Numbered from the stretch's first letter, positions 10,596-20,575 are shown. The stretch: 64,000 nucleotides of DNA from an uncultured candidate division Zixibacteria bacterium (GCA_963713865.1 OY970208.1:320001-384000); one strand, 5' to 3'. Made by a program: numbers and translations. Notes: generated by a model not told the origin, from the letters alone.

Positions 10596-10682
10596 AAAAA
10601 AATATCCGTTAATCAATAAATCCGAGTTAACCTCAAAAAAATGGACAGAACGATGTTCTGTCCCTACACGACAAATAAAAAA

Positions 10683-10769
10683 TAGCGGGGGTTGGATTTG
10701 AACCAATTCGCCTTGGCGAAGGTTATGAGCCCGACGAGCTACTCCGCCGCAGGCGGACTCCACCCTGCG
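10683..10769 (-). ncRNA. tRNA-fMet-like copy 3 (87 nt, two hairpin substitutions)
   Basis: CGCAGGGTGGAG[TCCGCCTGCGGCGGA]GTAGCTCGTCGGGCTCATAACC[TTCGCCAAGGCGAA]TTGGTTCAAATCCAACCCCCGCTA. Confidence 0.8.
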
Positions 10770-10998
10770 ACATTTCGTCTATAAATTCCCTACCTTTTCC
10801 AGTTTTCAACCACCTCTCCCTTTTAACAGCTTCTCCTCTGCTGTCGAACTCCTCTGAGTAAATCACCCGCCAGTTACTATCTACCTTTGTAGTTTTACAT
10901 AATCCAAAATTATGCTCCGATAACCTGCGTCCTAAATCGGAAGTATACCCAGTATATTGTTTTCCTTTAGCAGATTGAAGCACATATACTGTAAACAT
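10723..10998 (-). CDS. GIY-YIG nuclease, copy 3
   Basis: VYVLQS...YTGYTSDLGRRLSEHN...EAVKRERWLKTGKGR. Confidence 0.9.
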   Translation of the reverse strand: MFTVYVLQSAKGKQYTGYTSDLGRRLSEHNFGLCKTTKVDSNWRVIYSEEFDSRGEAVKRERWLKTGKGREFIDEMSQGGVRLRRSSSSGS

Positions 10999-11026
10999 AA
11001 GAGGAAATCAGAGGGATAATAAAAAA

Positions 11027-11113
11027 TAGCGGGGGTTGGATTTGAACCAATTCGCCTTGGCGAAGGTTATGAGCCCGACGAGCTACTCCGCCGCAGGCGG
11101 ACTCCACCCTGCG
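11027..11113 (-). ncRNA. tRNA-fMet-like copy 2
   Basis: Identical to 10683-10769. Confidence 0.8.
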
Positions 11114-11342
11114 ACATTTCGTCTATAAATTCCCTACCTTTTCCAGTTTTCAACCACCTCTCCCTTTTAACAGCTTCTCCTCTGCTGTCGAACTCCTCTG
11201 AGTAAATCACCCGCCAGTTACTATCTACCTTTGTAGTTTTACATAATCCAAAATTATGCTCCGATAACCTGCGTCCTAAATCGGAAGTATACCCAGTATA
11301 TTGTTTTCCTTTAGCAGATTGAAGCACATATACTGTAAACAT
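11067..11342 (-). CDS. GIY-YIG nuclease, copy 2
   Basis: Identical to the other copies. Confidence 0.9.
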   Translation of the reverse strand: MFTVYVLQSAKGKQYTGYTSDLGRRLSEHNFGLCKTTKVDSNWRVIYSEEFDSRGEAVKRERWLKTGKGREFIDEMSQGGVRLRRSSSSGS

Positions 11343-11370
11343 AAGAGGAAATCAGAGGGATAATAAAAAA

Positions 11371-11457
11371 TAGCGGGGGTTGGATTTGAACCAATTCGCC
11401 TTGGCGAAGGTTATGAGCCCGACGAGCTACTCCGCCGCAGGCGGACTCCACCCTGCG
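11371..11457 (-). ncRNA. tRNA-fMet-like copy 1
   Basis: Identical to 10683-10769. Confidence 0.8.
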
Positions 11458-11686
11458 ACATTTCGTCTATAAATTCCCTACCTTTTCCAGTTTTCAACCA
11501 CCTCTCCCTTTTAACAGCTTCTCCTCTGCTGTCGAACTCCTCTGAGTAAATCACCCGCCAGTTACTATCTACCTTTGTAGTTTTACATAATCCAAAATTA
11601 TGCTCCGATAACCTGCGTCCTAAATCGGAAGTATACCCAGTATATTGTTTTCCTTTAGCAGATTGAAGCACATATACTGTAAACAT
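11411..11686 (-). CDS. GIY-YIG nuclease, copy 1
   Basis: Identical to the other copies; starts 28 nt after the tRNA 3' end. Confidence 0.9.
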   Translation of the reverse strand: MFTVYVLQSAKGKQYTGYTSDLGRRLSEHNFGLCKTTKVDSNWRVIYSEEFDSRGEAVKRERWLKTGKGREFIDEMSQGGVRLRRSSSSGS

Positions 11687-11714
11687 AAGAGGAAATCAGA
11701 GGGATAATAAAAAA

Positions 11715-11788
<74 letters not shown>

Positions 11789-11817
11789 ATCATAGTCTAA
11801 TTAAATAGACGGGTAGT

Positions 11818-11847
11818 AATATAAGTTGTTTGAATTTAATAAGTCAA
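11818..11847 (-). promoter_or_regulatory. Putative sigma70 promoter of the tRNA
   Basis: TTGACT-N18-TATATT about 30 nt upstream of the tRNA. Confidence 0.55.
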
Positions 11848-11879
11848 GCGTTTTATAAAAATAATTTTCTTGTTTTGTA

Positions 11880-13193
11880 TTATTCCTGGCCTGTAGCTTT
11901 ATCATACTTTGCCTGGGCGATAAGATAATCCGCCAATGCTTGTAAATAATTAATCTGGGCATAGGTCAAGGCTAATTCTGCATCCATCTCCTCTAAGCTG
12001 GTTATAACCCCCTGTGCATATTGAACCTTGGCAATCCTTAAACTCTCTTTTGCCTGCTTAACGTTTTCCTCCTGCGAGATTATCGTCTCCTTAGCTAAAT
12101 CCAGACTGGTTACTGCCTCTTTTACCTCTAATTTAATCCCCTCTTTTAAATCGTTTTCACCGATATCTAATTGTCTCAAATCCGACCTAGCTTGATTAAC
12201 CTTAGAACGGGTGGCAAAACCGTCGAATAAGGGGAAACTCAAAGCTATAGTGAAATTCCAGTCAGTATCCCATTTCTTCTCGCCGTAAAAAGGATTTTTA
12301 TAATCGTAATTAGCTATACCCATTAAAGATGGTTTATTCCCGGCTCTGGTAATAGCTAAACCCTTTTGAGCAATCCTTTTCTGAAAGTCTAAAGATTTCA
12401 ATTCCGGTCTCTGCAAAAGAGCTGCTTGGGTTGCACTTTCCAGTTTCACTTCTCCTGGTTTAAAGAAAAGCTCACCCTCCAGCTCGACTTCAGCCTCCTG
12501 AGTAAGACCTAAGATATTTTTAAAAGAGCTCAAAGCCAGATCATAAGCCTGCCTTGCCTGAAGTAAAGGCGGTTTGGCATTGGCTAACTGAACTTTTGCC
12601 CTGAGAAGGTCGAACTCCGAAGCCTGTCCGGCTTTATATCTTAAATCCACGGTTTTAAGATGCTCCTCGATATTTTTCAAAGCGTCTTCTCTGACCCGGA
12701 TAAGCTCACGCGCTAAAAGCACCGAGTAGAAAGAGCTTTTCACCTGGTAAGTTATCCCCTGCTTATTCTTTTTGTAATTTTCCTCCTCCAATCTGAGATT
12801 CAACTGTGAGATAGCGTAGTTATTCTGAACTCTTCCCCAGGTGAAAATCGACTGCTGCAAAGAGAGATTAAAATCGAAATTATCATGAAAACCGGTTTTA
12901 AACTCCCCCGCGAAAAAACCAGGAACCGAAACTTCAATACTGGGAATTACTCCTAAATATGTATAAGTCCCTTGAAAAGAAAGGTGGGGATAGAAACCAG
13001 ATTTCGCCTCTGAGATCTTAAATTTTGAAGATCTGATCTTCTCCTTCTGGCTCAAAAGTAATCTGTTGTTCTGATAAGCAGTATCAAGACTTTTTTCCAG
13101 ATTAAGGATCAGCTTCTCACCAGAGAATGAAACTGTAGTCATCCAGATGAAAAATGAAAAAAACAGAATTAACCTTAAATAAAATTTATGCAT
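11880..13193 (-). CDS. TolC family outer membrane efflux protein
   Basis: Signal peptide, two OEP repeats, last gene of an RND operon. Confidence 0.9.
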   Translation of the reverse strand: MHKFYLRLILFFSFFIWMTTVSFSGEKLILNLEKSLDTAYQNNRLLLSQKEKIRSSKFKISEAKSGFYPHLSFQGTYTYLGVIPSIEVSVPGFFAGEFKTGFHDNFDFNLSLQQSIFTWGRVQNNYAISQLNLRLEEENYKKNKQGITYQVKSSFYSVLLARELIRVREDALKNIEEHLKTVDLRYKAGQASEFDLLRAKVQLANAKPPLLQARQAYDLALSSFKNILGLTQEAEVELEGELFFKPGEVKLESATQAALLQRPELKSLDFQKRIAQKGLAITRAGNKPSLMGIANYDYKNPFYGEKKWDTDWNFTIALSFPLFDGFATRSKVNQARSDLRQLDIGENDLKEGIKLEVKEAVTSLDLAKETIISQEENVKQAKESLRIAKVQYAQGVITSLEEMDAELALTYAQINYLQALADYLIAQAKYDKATGQE

Positions 13194-16100
13194 TTTCCCC
13201 TCCGCTATTTTGCTCTCCGATTTTAATATTCCTTTTCAAAAATTCTCCGAAATTATCTACTATAATATAAGTTACTGGAACCACAATCAAAGTCAAAAGA
13301 GTTGAGGTGACCAGACCACCTATTACCGTGATTCCCATCCCCTGTCTCCATTCTCCACCTTCTCCCAGACCTAATGCCGCAGGCAGCATCCCCATAATCA
13401 TAGCGGCCGAGGTCATAAGAATTGGCCGCAGACGAATAGGTCCGGCTTTTAAGAGTGCTTCCTCCCTCTGCATACCTTTTTTTCTCAAAGTTATAGTATA
13501 ATCGATAAGCAAAATGGAGTTTTTGGTCACAATCCCCATCAAAAGGATTACTCCTACCATTGCCATTATATCAATACTCTGGCCAGTTAAAAATATTGCC
13601 AGAAGTGCTCCCACAACTGCTAAGGGTAAAGCTAACATAATGGTGAAAGGGTGGAGAAAAGAGTTAAACTGGGAGCCTAAAACTATATAGATGAAGATAA
13701 TTCCTATGATTAAAGCTAAAACCATATTCTTAAACATATCACCCATCCTTTCTACATCACCCACGTATTCAATTTTATATCCCGGAGGAAGAGGAAAATC
13801 GGCTAACTTCTTATTTAAATCATTCACCACATCCCCTAAGGGACGATCCACCACATTGGCAGTAATTGTAGCTGCCCTTTCTCTATTATTTCGGCTGATT
13901 TGAGTGGGACCGCTCTCTTCATAGAAATCAGCTATGCTTTTAAGCGGAACAGTAGCTCCAGTCGTAGTCGAAATATCAAGGGAGGAGATGTCCTGGAAAT
14001 TATTCTTCTGTTCCGGAGGTAAAATCACCCTGATGTCTATCTCTTTTTCCCCCTGTCTCAGTTTTGTAGCCACAGTTCCATCTACTAAGGAACGTAAAGT
14101 TGAAGCAATCTGGGCAGTGGAAACCCCTAAACGGCTGGCCTTCTCTCGATTCACTACTACTCTCATCTCCGGCTTCCCCCCTCTAATCGAACGGTCAGGA
14201 TCAGCCACACCAGGAATTTTTTCCAACATGGTCAAGATTTTCCCTGACAGTTCATCTAAAACCGAGATCTCTGGACCTTTGATGTAGAGTTGAAGAGGAT
14301 AATCCTCTTCACCCTCAAACATCCCGATCATCGAGACTCTGGCTTTCAAGCCTGGCATCTCCGCCAGCCTTTTTCTTACTTCTTTTTCGACTTCGACTGT
14401 TTTTTTACTTCTCTCTTCCAAGGGGACAAGTTCAACCCGGATACTACCTTTGTTAGAGGTTCCAGACTCCAGTCCTATGGTAGTGAAGATAGACTGAACA
14501 TCAGGGTAGATGAAAAGGATTCTCTCAACCTCGGTTGTCATTTTCTCTGTAGTCTGAATAGAGGTTCCAACCGGAGTCTCCAGAATTACATTGAACTCTC
14601 CTCGATCTCCCTGGGACTTAAACTCCTTGCCAATAAAGGGGATCAAACCCAGGCTTGAAAAGAAAATAAGGATGGAGACAAAGATTATCAAAAATTTATG
14701 ATTCAAAGACCAGGCTAAAAGTCTTCCGTAAATCTGATTGAGCCTGTTATAACCCCGGTTAAAAGGAGCAAACAATTTCTTCAACAAGCTTTCCTTGTCT
14801 TTTTTTTCTTTCACTAATATTTTAGCTGAAAGCATTGGAGCCATAGTAAAAGAATCCCATAAAGAATACAGGATCGCAAAGACCACGGTGAAGGCAAAAG
14901 CCTTCAAGATTTTTCCTACTATTCCACCCATATAGGCAACTGGAACGAAGACCGCAATAATGGTGAAAGTACAAGCCATAACTGCCAGCCCCACCTCCTG
15001 GGTTCCAAAGGCAGCTGCCTGCTCCGGATCCATACCTTCCTCTACATGTCTGAAGATATTTTCCCGCACCACAATGGCATCATCGATCAGGATACCGACA
15101 CACAAGGATAAACCCATTAAGGTGATTATATTTATGGTATAGCCGACCAGGTTCATCATAATGAATGTGGCTAAGATAGAAGAAGGAATAGCTAAAGCGG
15201 CGATTATAGTACTGCGGAAATTTCCTAAGAAAATGAAAATAACTAATATCGCAAAGATTGCCCCTAAATATAAAGTCCGCATAGTGTCATCTACTGACCT
15301 GCGGATAAATTTGGATTGATCTGAGGCAATTTCGATGGAGGTACCTGAAGGAATTTCTTTTTTCAATCCTTCAATGGTTTTCTTAAGCCTGTCACATACC
15401 TCAACCGTATTTCCACCAGACTGTTTATACACTATAAAGGAAACTGAAGACCTGCCATTAAGTTTAGAGATTTCCCTTAGTTCCTTAAAACTATCCCTTA
15501 CTTCAGCCACATCTTTTAAATGGACCGGGCTTCCCTCATAACTTGCCACAGGTATTCTGTCGATATCCGAAACTTCCTGAAACTCACCTGTAGTTCTGAG
15601 AACAAATTCCTGTGGCTCTATCTCTACCCTCCCTCCAGGAACATTCAGATTTTCTTGAGACAAGCTCCCGATAACCTGCTCAACTGACAGATGATAAGCT
15701 TCAAGCTTTTTTCTGTCAACCTCCACTTTTATCTCCCTTTCCAGTCCTCCTACTAAATCAACCTGAGCTACTTGCTTTGTCTGCTGGATTCGGTTTTTGA
15801 TTTTATCATCCGCCAGGGTCCGCAGCTCATCTAAAGGAAGATCACTTGCCAGAGAGAAAATCATCACCGGCGTAGCAGAAACATCAAAGCGAGCTATGAC
15901 CGGTTCATCTATATCTTTAGGCAGTTCTGAGCGGATCTGTGAAAGCTTAGCTCTGACATCAGAATCTGCATCCCGGACCTTTACCTCAAGTTCGAATTCT
16001 AATAAAACCTGAGAAAAACCTTCAGCGGTGGTGGAGTAAATATTTTTCAGTCCATTGATAGCGCTCACAGCTTCTTCGATCGGTTTGGTCACCTGATTCT

Positions 16101-16278
16101 CGATCTCCTGAGCACCGGCTCCTGGATAGACCGTGGTGATCGACAGGTAGGGAAAATTAACATTCGGCATTAAATCGATACCCATGCGGTTATAGGAAAC
16201 TATTCCTAAGACTAAAACCGCCAGAACCTGCATTATGATAAAAACAGGCCGGCGAATGGCTAAATTAGGTAAAAACAT
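13186..16278 (-). CDS. RND efflux permease (AcrB/HAE1 family)
   Basis: 1030 aa; GILIDDAIVVRENI, KNSILLID, RLRPILMTS. Confidence 0.95.
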   Translation of the reverse strand: MFLPNLAIRRPVFIIMQVLAVLVLGIVSYNRMGIDLMPNVNFPYLSITTVYPGAGAQEIENQVTKPIEEAVSAINGLKNIYSTTAEGFSQVLLEFELEVKVRDADSDVRAKLSQIRSELPKDIDEPVIARFDVSATPVMIFSLASDLPLDELRTLADDKIKNRIQQTKQVAQVDLVGGLEREIKVEVDRKKLEAYHLSVEQVIGSLSQENLNVPGGRVEIEPQEFVLRTTGEFQEVSDIDRIPVASYEGSPVHLKDVAEVRDSFKELREISKLNGRSSVSFIVYKQSGGNTVEVCDRLKKTIEGLKKEIPSGTSIEIASDQSKFIRRSVDDTMRTLYLGAIFAILVIFIFLGNFRSTIIAALAIPSSILATFIMMNLVGYTINIITLMGLSLCVGILIDDAIVVRENIFRHVEEGMDPEQAAAFGTQEVGLAVMACTFTIIAVFVPVAYMGGIVGKILKAFAFTVVFAILYSLWDSFTMAPMLSAKILVKEKKDKESLLKKLFAPFNRGYNRLNQIYGRLLAWSLNHKFLIIFVSILIFFSSLGLIPFIGKEFKSQGDRGEFNVILETPVGTSIQTTEKMTTEVERILFIYPDVQSIFTTIGLESGTSNKGSIRVELVPLEERSKKTVEVEKEVRKRLAEMPGLKARVSMIGMFEGEEDYPLQLYIKGPEISVLDELSGKILTMLEKIPGVADPDRSIRGGKPEMRVVVNREKASRLGVSTAQIASTLRSLVDGTVATKLRQGEKEIDIRVILPPEQKNNFQDISSLDISTTTGATVPLKSIADFYEESGPTQISRNNRERAATITANVVDRPLGDVVNDLNKKLADFPLPPGYKIEYVGDVERMGDMFKNMVLALIIGIIFIYIVLGSQFNSFLHPFTIMLALPLAVVGALLAIFLTGQSIDIMAMVGVILLMGIVTKNSILLIDYTITLRKKGMQREEALLKAGPIRLRPILMTSAAMIMGMLPAALGLGEGGEWRQGMGITVIGGLVTSTLLTLIVVPVTYIIVDNFGEFLKRNIKIGEQNSGGENA

Positions 16279-17201
16279 TATCTTCTCTCTCCTTTAACAA
16301 TCTTTACCTTATCCCCAGGTTGCAGTTGATTTTGACCTAAGGTAACCAAACTATCCTCTGGGGAAAGACCACTTTTTATATAAGTTAAATCTTTATCGCT
16401 GAACCCGGCATCCACCCATCTTTCCTCTGCTTTACTACCCTTTAGCACAAAGACTTTTTTCTTACCTCCTTCTGTTAAGATAGTATGTTTAGGGATAAGA
16501 ACAAGATTTTCGGTTTTACCTATGACCAGTCTGACTTCTACGAACATCCCCGGCTTTAAAAGATGATTCCGGTTGGGAATGGTTATCTCTACGCTTGCGG
16601 TCCGGGTTAAACTATTTAAGGTGGGACTGATCAGGGTAACAACGCCCGAAAATTCCCTGTCAGGATAGGCATCCACCTTGATTTTGGCTTTCTGATTTAA
16701 CTTGATTTTTGGAAGATCCTCTTCTGTAACCTGAATTACAATTTTAACTGAATCAAGGTTCAATATTTGAGCCAGGGGAGAGCCTCCCGAACCCCCGGAA
16801 GGTTCACTTACCTGTGCTCCTTTATCTAGATATACTTTTCCAACAATCCCTTCAACCGGAGAAGTCGTTTCAGCCAGCTTATAATCCAGTCCAGTAATAT
16901 CCCGGTCGATTATAGCCACTAACTGATCTTTTTTGACCCTGTCCCCTTCTTTAACTTTCATCTCTACCAATTTACCGGAAGCTTTTGGAAATATATCTAT
17001 TTCCTCTACTCCCTTAACTTCCCCGGTGTAATTAAGTATTGGAGTATAGGGTGAAGTTTTCACCACTTCCACCTCCACTGGGATAACCCTTTCCTTTACC
17101 TCTGCAGTTTGAGCTTTTCTCTCTTTGAAAACTACCATCAACCTGAAAAAGACAAAGAAGAAGATTAAAACTACTATGAGGATTCCAATCGTTTTTTTCA
17201 T
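16278..17201 (-). CDS. RND periplasmic adaptor (MFP)
   Basis: VKEGDRVKKDQ lipoyl-like motif, LKPGMF; operon position. Confidence 0.92.
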   Translation of the reverse strand: MKKTIGILIVVLIFFFVFFRLMVVFKERKAQTAEVKERVIPVEVEVVKTSPYTPILNYTGEVKGVEEIDIFPKASGKLVEMKVKEGDRVKKDQLVAIIDRDITGLDYKLAETTSPVEGIVGKVYLDKGAQVSEPSGGSGGSPLAQILNLDSVKIVIQVTEEDLPKIKLNQKAKIKVDAYPDREFSGVVTLISPTLNSLTRTASVEITIPNRNHLLKPGMFVEVRLVIGKTENLVLIPKHTILTEGGKKKVFVLKGSKAEERWVDAGFSDKDLTYIKSGLSPEDSLVTLGQNQLQPGDKVKIVKGERR

Positions 17202-17210
17202 CTTTTCTCC

Positions 17211-17756
17211 TTACTTCTTATTATGAGTTTTACATCTTTTAACCAGCTCGATCAACTCATCCAAATGTTTAATAGTCAATTTCAAATGGAAAATCCCTTT
17301 CTCCACTATGAACTTCCAGTTGAAGGGCATCTTTACACATCCGTTTTTATAAATCTCCTGAATCCTTTTAAGCACTTTCCGAAGTTGATCTTTCTTCTTG
17401 GAAAGCGAAGTTAAAATTTTCTTTTTGGATAAACCCTGAAGGAATGCCACACCTACGATAAAGCTATCCTCAGGCATTTTCTGTTCATTCAAAGCCATCT
17501 CCACCAGTTCCCCCAACCTTTTCCTACCCTTAGGGGTGATATGATAGACTTTCCTCTCCGGCATCTTACCCGGCTTTTCACCCTTACCCTCGATAAGTTT
17601 TTGTTTTTGCAGGCGATTTAGAGTATTATAGATCGAGGCTAAGTTCACCTGCGCCCAGTGCTCCATTTCCCTTTTCTCTATCTCCTGATAAAGCTGATAG
17701 CCATACATCGGCTTTTCACTCAGAAGACCTAAGACCACCAGTTCGTTTTTAGTCAT
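17211..17756 (-). CDS. PadR family regulator
   Basis: VLGLLSEKPMYGYQL...SIYNTLNRL...RKVYHITPKG. Confidence 0.92.
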   Translation of the reverse strand: MTKNELVVLGLLSEKPMYGYQLYQEIEKREMEHWAQVNLASIYNTLNRLQKQKLIEGKGEKPGKMPERKVYHITPKGRKRLGELVEMALNEQKMPEDSFIVGVAFLQGLSKKKILTSLSKKKDQLRKVLKRIQEIYKNGCVKMPFNWKFIVEKGIFHLKLTIKHLDELIELVKRCKTHNKK

Positions 17757-17774
17757 AATTACTCTAATTAAAAC

Positions 17775-17791
17775 TATTCTAACTTAGAATA
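17775..17791. promoter_or_regulatory. Probable PadR operator
   Basis: Perfect palindrome TATTCTAA-C-TTAGAATA between a TTGACT -35 (17819-17814, minus strand) and the padR start. Confidence 0.65.
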
Positions 17792-17869
17792 ATTTAAAAT
17801 ATAATACGTAAAAAGTCAAACTTTGTTTCAATTTCATAATAATTTTTTAAGCTGTCAGGGGGTAATTAC

Positions 17870-18943
17870 TTATCGGGTACAATTGCACCTTATCTTCCTA
17901 TAATCCATATCCGGGGATTCGAACCCGGATTTCAATTTTTCCCACATTTGCACGGTTTCCTTACAAAGAGAGACATCGGTATAATTGTATTTTTCTTTAA
18001 GGTGATTAATCAAGTGCAGGTACATAGTATACCTATTGGAGAATTCTATCTTTTTGCCCCAGTTTGACTTCTCTTCCAAGTAAATTTTCCAGGATTTATC
18101 TTTAGTTCCATTAATGGTGCTTTGCAAACCCCTTAAAGAGCCTAAAGTTATACGCTCAGGTTTGAATTCTGTAAAGATCTGGTCAATCAACTCAATATAA
18201 CTCTCTTGCCATCCAGAAATTGGCACCATCGGGTCTATTCTGACCCTTATCTCATAACCAGCTTTAGCTAACTTGCCTGCCGCTTCTATTCGTTTTGAAA
18301 CCGGAGGCGCTTTTTTCTCCCATTTTTTTGCAACCTTATCTGCATTCAGACTGAAGCTGATGATTGCTTGTTTATGTGATTCTATTTCAAGTAAATTTTT
18401 AATTTTAGTTGATTTGGTCAAAAATAAAACTTTATGTTTATTTTGAGACTCAAACAGCGGAATGATGAATTTAGAGAAAGGGTTGTGTCCGTTTTCGCAC
18501 ATTAGGGAATCAGCAATTTCTCCAGTATTCAGGATTTCAGGTGGTAGAGACGTCTCGCCAGAGGCGGACGTCTCTACATCAAAAAATTCTCTGACGTGCT
18601 GTTCAATTTTAGCATAATCTTTAATAACCGGTTTTATCCCTTCTGGTCGAAACCTGAAAGTCCCCTTTAAATAACACCAACTGCAATCAAACGGACACCC
18701 ATAAGCCCATTTAAGCTCTAAAAAATGCGGACAGACCACATCAGTGGATTCAACAGGTAAAGGTGTTTTTTCAAATCTCGTGATAATCGAACCATCACCA
18801 ATACGTTGAACAAGTCGTTTCTCGGAAGCATCAATCAATTTATATGGTCTAATAACAACTCTCAATGAAGCTTTTTCTTTCTTAGATAGTAAGCTTCTTT
18901 CTTTGACTATACTTGAGATATTAGAGAAAGGTAATTCTGTCAT
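17870..18943 (-). CDS. Spore photoproduct lyase-like radical SAM protein
   Basis: GCPFDCSWCYL, NTGEIADSL, LFLTKS, RVRIDPMVP. Confidence 0.8.
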   Translation of the reverse strand: MTELPFSNISSIVKERSLLSKKEKASLRVVIRPYKLIDASEKRLVQRIGDGSIITRFEKTPLPVESTDVVCPHFLELKWAYGCPFDCSWCYLKGTFRFRPEGIKPVIKDYAKIEQHVREFFDVETSASGETSLPPEILNTGEIADSLMCENGHNPFSKFIIPLFESQNKHKVLFLTKSTKIKNLLEIESHKQAIISFSLNADKVAKKWEKKAPPVSKRIEAAGKLAKAGYEIRVRIDPMVPISGWQESYIELIDQIFTEFKPERITLGSLRGLQSTINGTKDKSWKIYLEEKSNWGKKIEFSNRYTMYLHLINHLKEKYNYTDVSLCKETVQMWEKLKSGFESPDMDYRKIRCNCTR

Positions 18944-20030
18944 TTTCTTTTAATCCAGTTTTCTTAGAACTAATACGTTTTATACTTACTTTTTGCTCTT
19001 GTTCTAGTTCTTTTAATGCTAGATTGTAATGTTTTTTTACATATGGAGGTTCTTCATACCAAGGTACACAAACTTCCTTTTGTATTTCATTATAAGTTTT
19101 TATGTTTCCTTTAAATCGACCTAATAAATATTTTTTTAAATCTTCAATATTATTAATATTGAACAACGTTATTTGTGATCTTGCTGATATATCTTCTGGT
19201 CCTAAATATGCAAAATTTCCTTCAGTGCTCTGTTTGTCCATTACATCTTTCATTATCGAATGTCCTAAAAAATTATTAGTGGCATGAATTAAATAATATA
19301 CAGTTTGCCTTTTTTCATCGGTGCATACACGAAAAGGCCAAGAATACTTTAATCCTGCAATTTCATGCAAATTTTGTCTATAAAGATCTATTAATGCTAT
19401 TTCCTGGTTTTCTTTTGTCGCTACAATCTCTTTCCATCCATCATTACCAAATAATTCATTGAAGGTCTCTTTAAGTTTCTCATGTAAGAGGAAACGGTTT
19501 ATGTCTCGAACCATAAAAGTGAAAAATATCTCTGTTCTGGGATTGGACAATATTTTTTTGACTATGTTGAAAGGAATTCCTGAAAAACCAAAAGGGTCGA
19601 CAAAAAAGAATGATGGAGCCAGTATATACTTCTGTTGCTCCAAATCTTTAAAAATCTCTTCAATGACAATAGCAAATTCATCATTCTTTTTTATAATTTC
19701 AATTTTATTAATATGTTTTATTTTAGGTGTTTCCCTTTTTAAAACGGATTCAAGGTTTTTAAAATTTTCTAAATTTCTTTCTATAAATATACAGATAAAC
19801 TTTTCATAATACTTCTGAAGTTCATCTGCAAGTTTAAGTGCGATTAAAGGAGAACCAGGAGATCTATCAGTATATTCACCTCTCCCCGCAAAACCATCAA
19901 AATAACATATATGTCTGAATGAACTGCCGAGAATGGTAATCCATGCTTTTAGATACTTCTCTAAAAGAATATGTTTTACTCGAGTATGCTCGCGATACGT
20001 CCATTTTTCTAAATCATTATTTTTTAACAT
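18921..20030 (-). CDS. tcmP: Three-Cys-motif partner protein TcmP (start taken at ATG 20030)
   Basis: HTRVKHILLEKYLKAW, YFDGFAGRGEY..GSPLIA, FFFVDPFG, YYLIHAT. Confidence 0.85.
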   Translation of the reverse strand: MLKNNDLEKWTYREHTRVKHILLEKYLKAWITILGSSFRHICYFDGFAGRGEYTDRSPGSPLIALKLADELQKYYEKFICIFIERNLENFKNLESVLKRETPKIKHINKIEIIKKNDEFAIVIEEIFKDLEQQKYILAPSFFFVDPFGFSGIPFNIVKKILSNPRTEIFFTFMVRDINRFLLHEKLKETFNELFGNDGWKEIVATKENQEIALIDLYRQNLHEIAGLKYSWPFRVCTDEKRQTVYYLIHATNNFLGHSIMKDVMDKQSTEGNFAYLGPEDISARSQITLFNINNIEDLKKYLLGRFKGNIKTYNEIQKEVCVPWYEEPPYVKKHYNLALKELEQEQKVSIKRISSKKTGLKENDRITFL

Positions 20031-20209
20031 ATCTCTACCCCTTTTTTCAATTTCAGTACTGTATCCGAATGCAGGTCGCAAACCAAAGCTTTAGAATGAA
20101 GTTTTTTTGCCTTGGTAGAAATATCAACCACCCCGAAAGCTATTTGAAACAAAAAAAATAGAGCAAATATTGAGATTGTCGTTTTCATAGATAAATTAAA
20201 AGATTGAAA

Positions 20210-20545
20210 TTATTCTTTTTTCTCCCCCTCAGAGGATTCGGAAGGTTTCTTTTCCTCTTTAGTTATCCCTTCTTCTTTTTTCAGCTCCTCTAAATAATTC
20301 ATCCTCAGGTCAAATAAAACATTATCTAAATATTTTTTCTCCTCCTCGGTAAGATTGCCCTTGGTTTTTTCTTGAAGTAATTCTAAAATATCTATTGAGT
20401 ATTTAGCCTGTTCCAGGTTTCTCTCTACCTGTTTGGTTATTGGGTTAATCAGCTTTCCCATCTGCTGCAGAGCTGCGGTCTGAAACATAAAAACCAAATG
20501 GAAAAAAAGTTCTACTCTGGTCTGAGTTTTGTTTTCCTCGTTCAT
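20210..20545 (-). CDS. DUF1844 domain protein
   Basis: ALQQMGK..NP..AKYSIDILELLQEKTKGNL..EE..L. Confidence 0.85.
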   Translation of the reverse strand: MNEENKTQTRVELFFHLVFMFQTAALQQMGKLINPITKQVERNLEQAKYSIDILELLQEKTKGNLTEEEKKYLDNVLFDLRMNYLEELKKEEGITKEEKKPSESSEGEKKE

Positions 20546-20575
20546 ACTTATCTGCTTTATACTTGTTGTGACTAT

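Noticed and set aside
9111-10763. ORFs 9111-9407, 9182-9439, 10497-10763 and 10504-10701
   Set aside because: They are translations of REP and tRNA-remnant DNA with no protein motifs.
10683-11457. Three extra functional tRNA-Met genes or intron-containing tRNAs
   Set aside because: The anticodon stem is broken, there is an A4:C69 mismatch, and native bases are replaced rather than interrupted, so splicing could not restore the tRNA.
13307-16012. Plus-strand ORFs inside the RND gene, and similar antisense ORFs elsewhere
   Set aside because: Shadow frames of well-supported genes.
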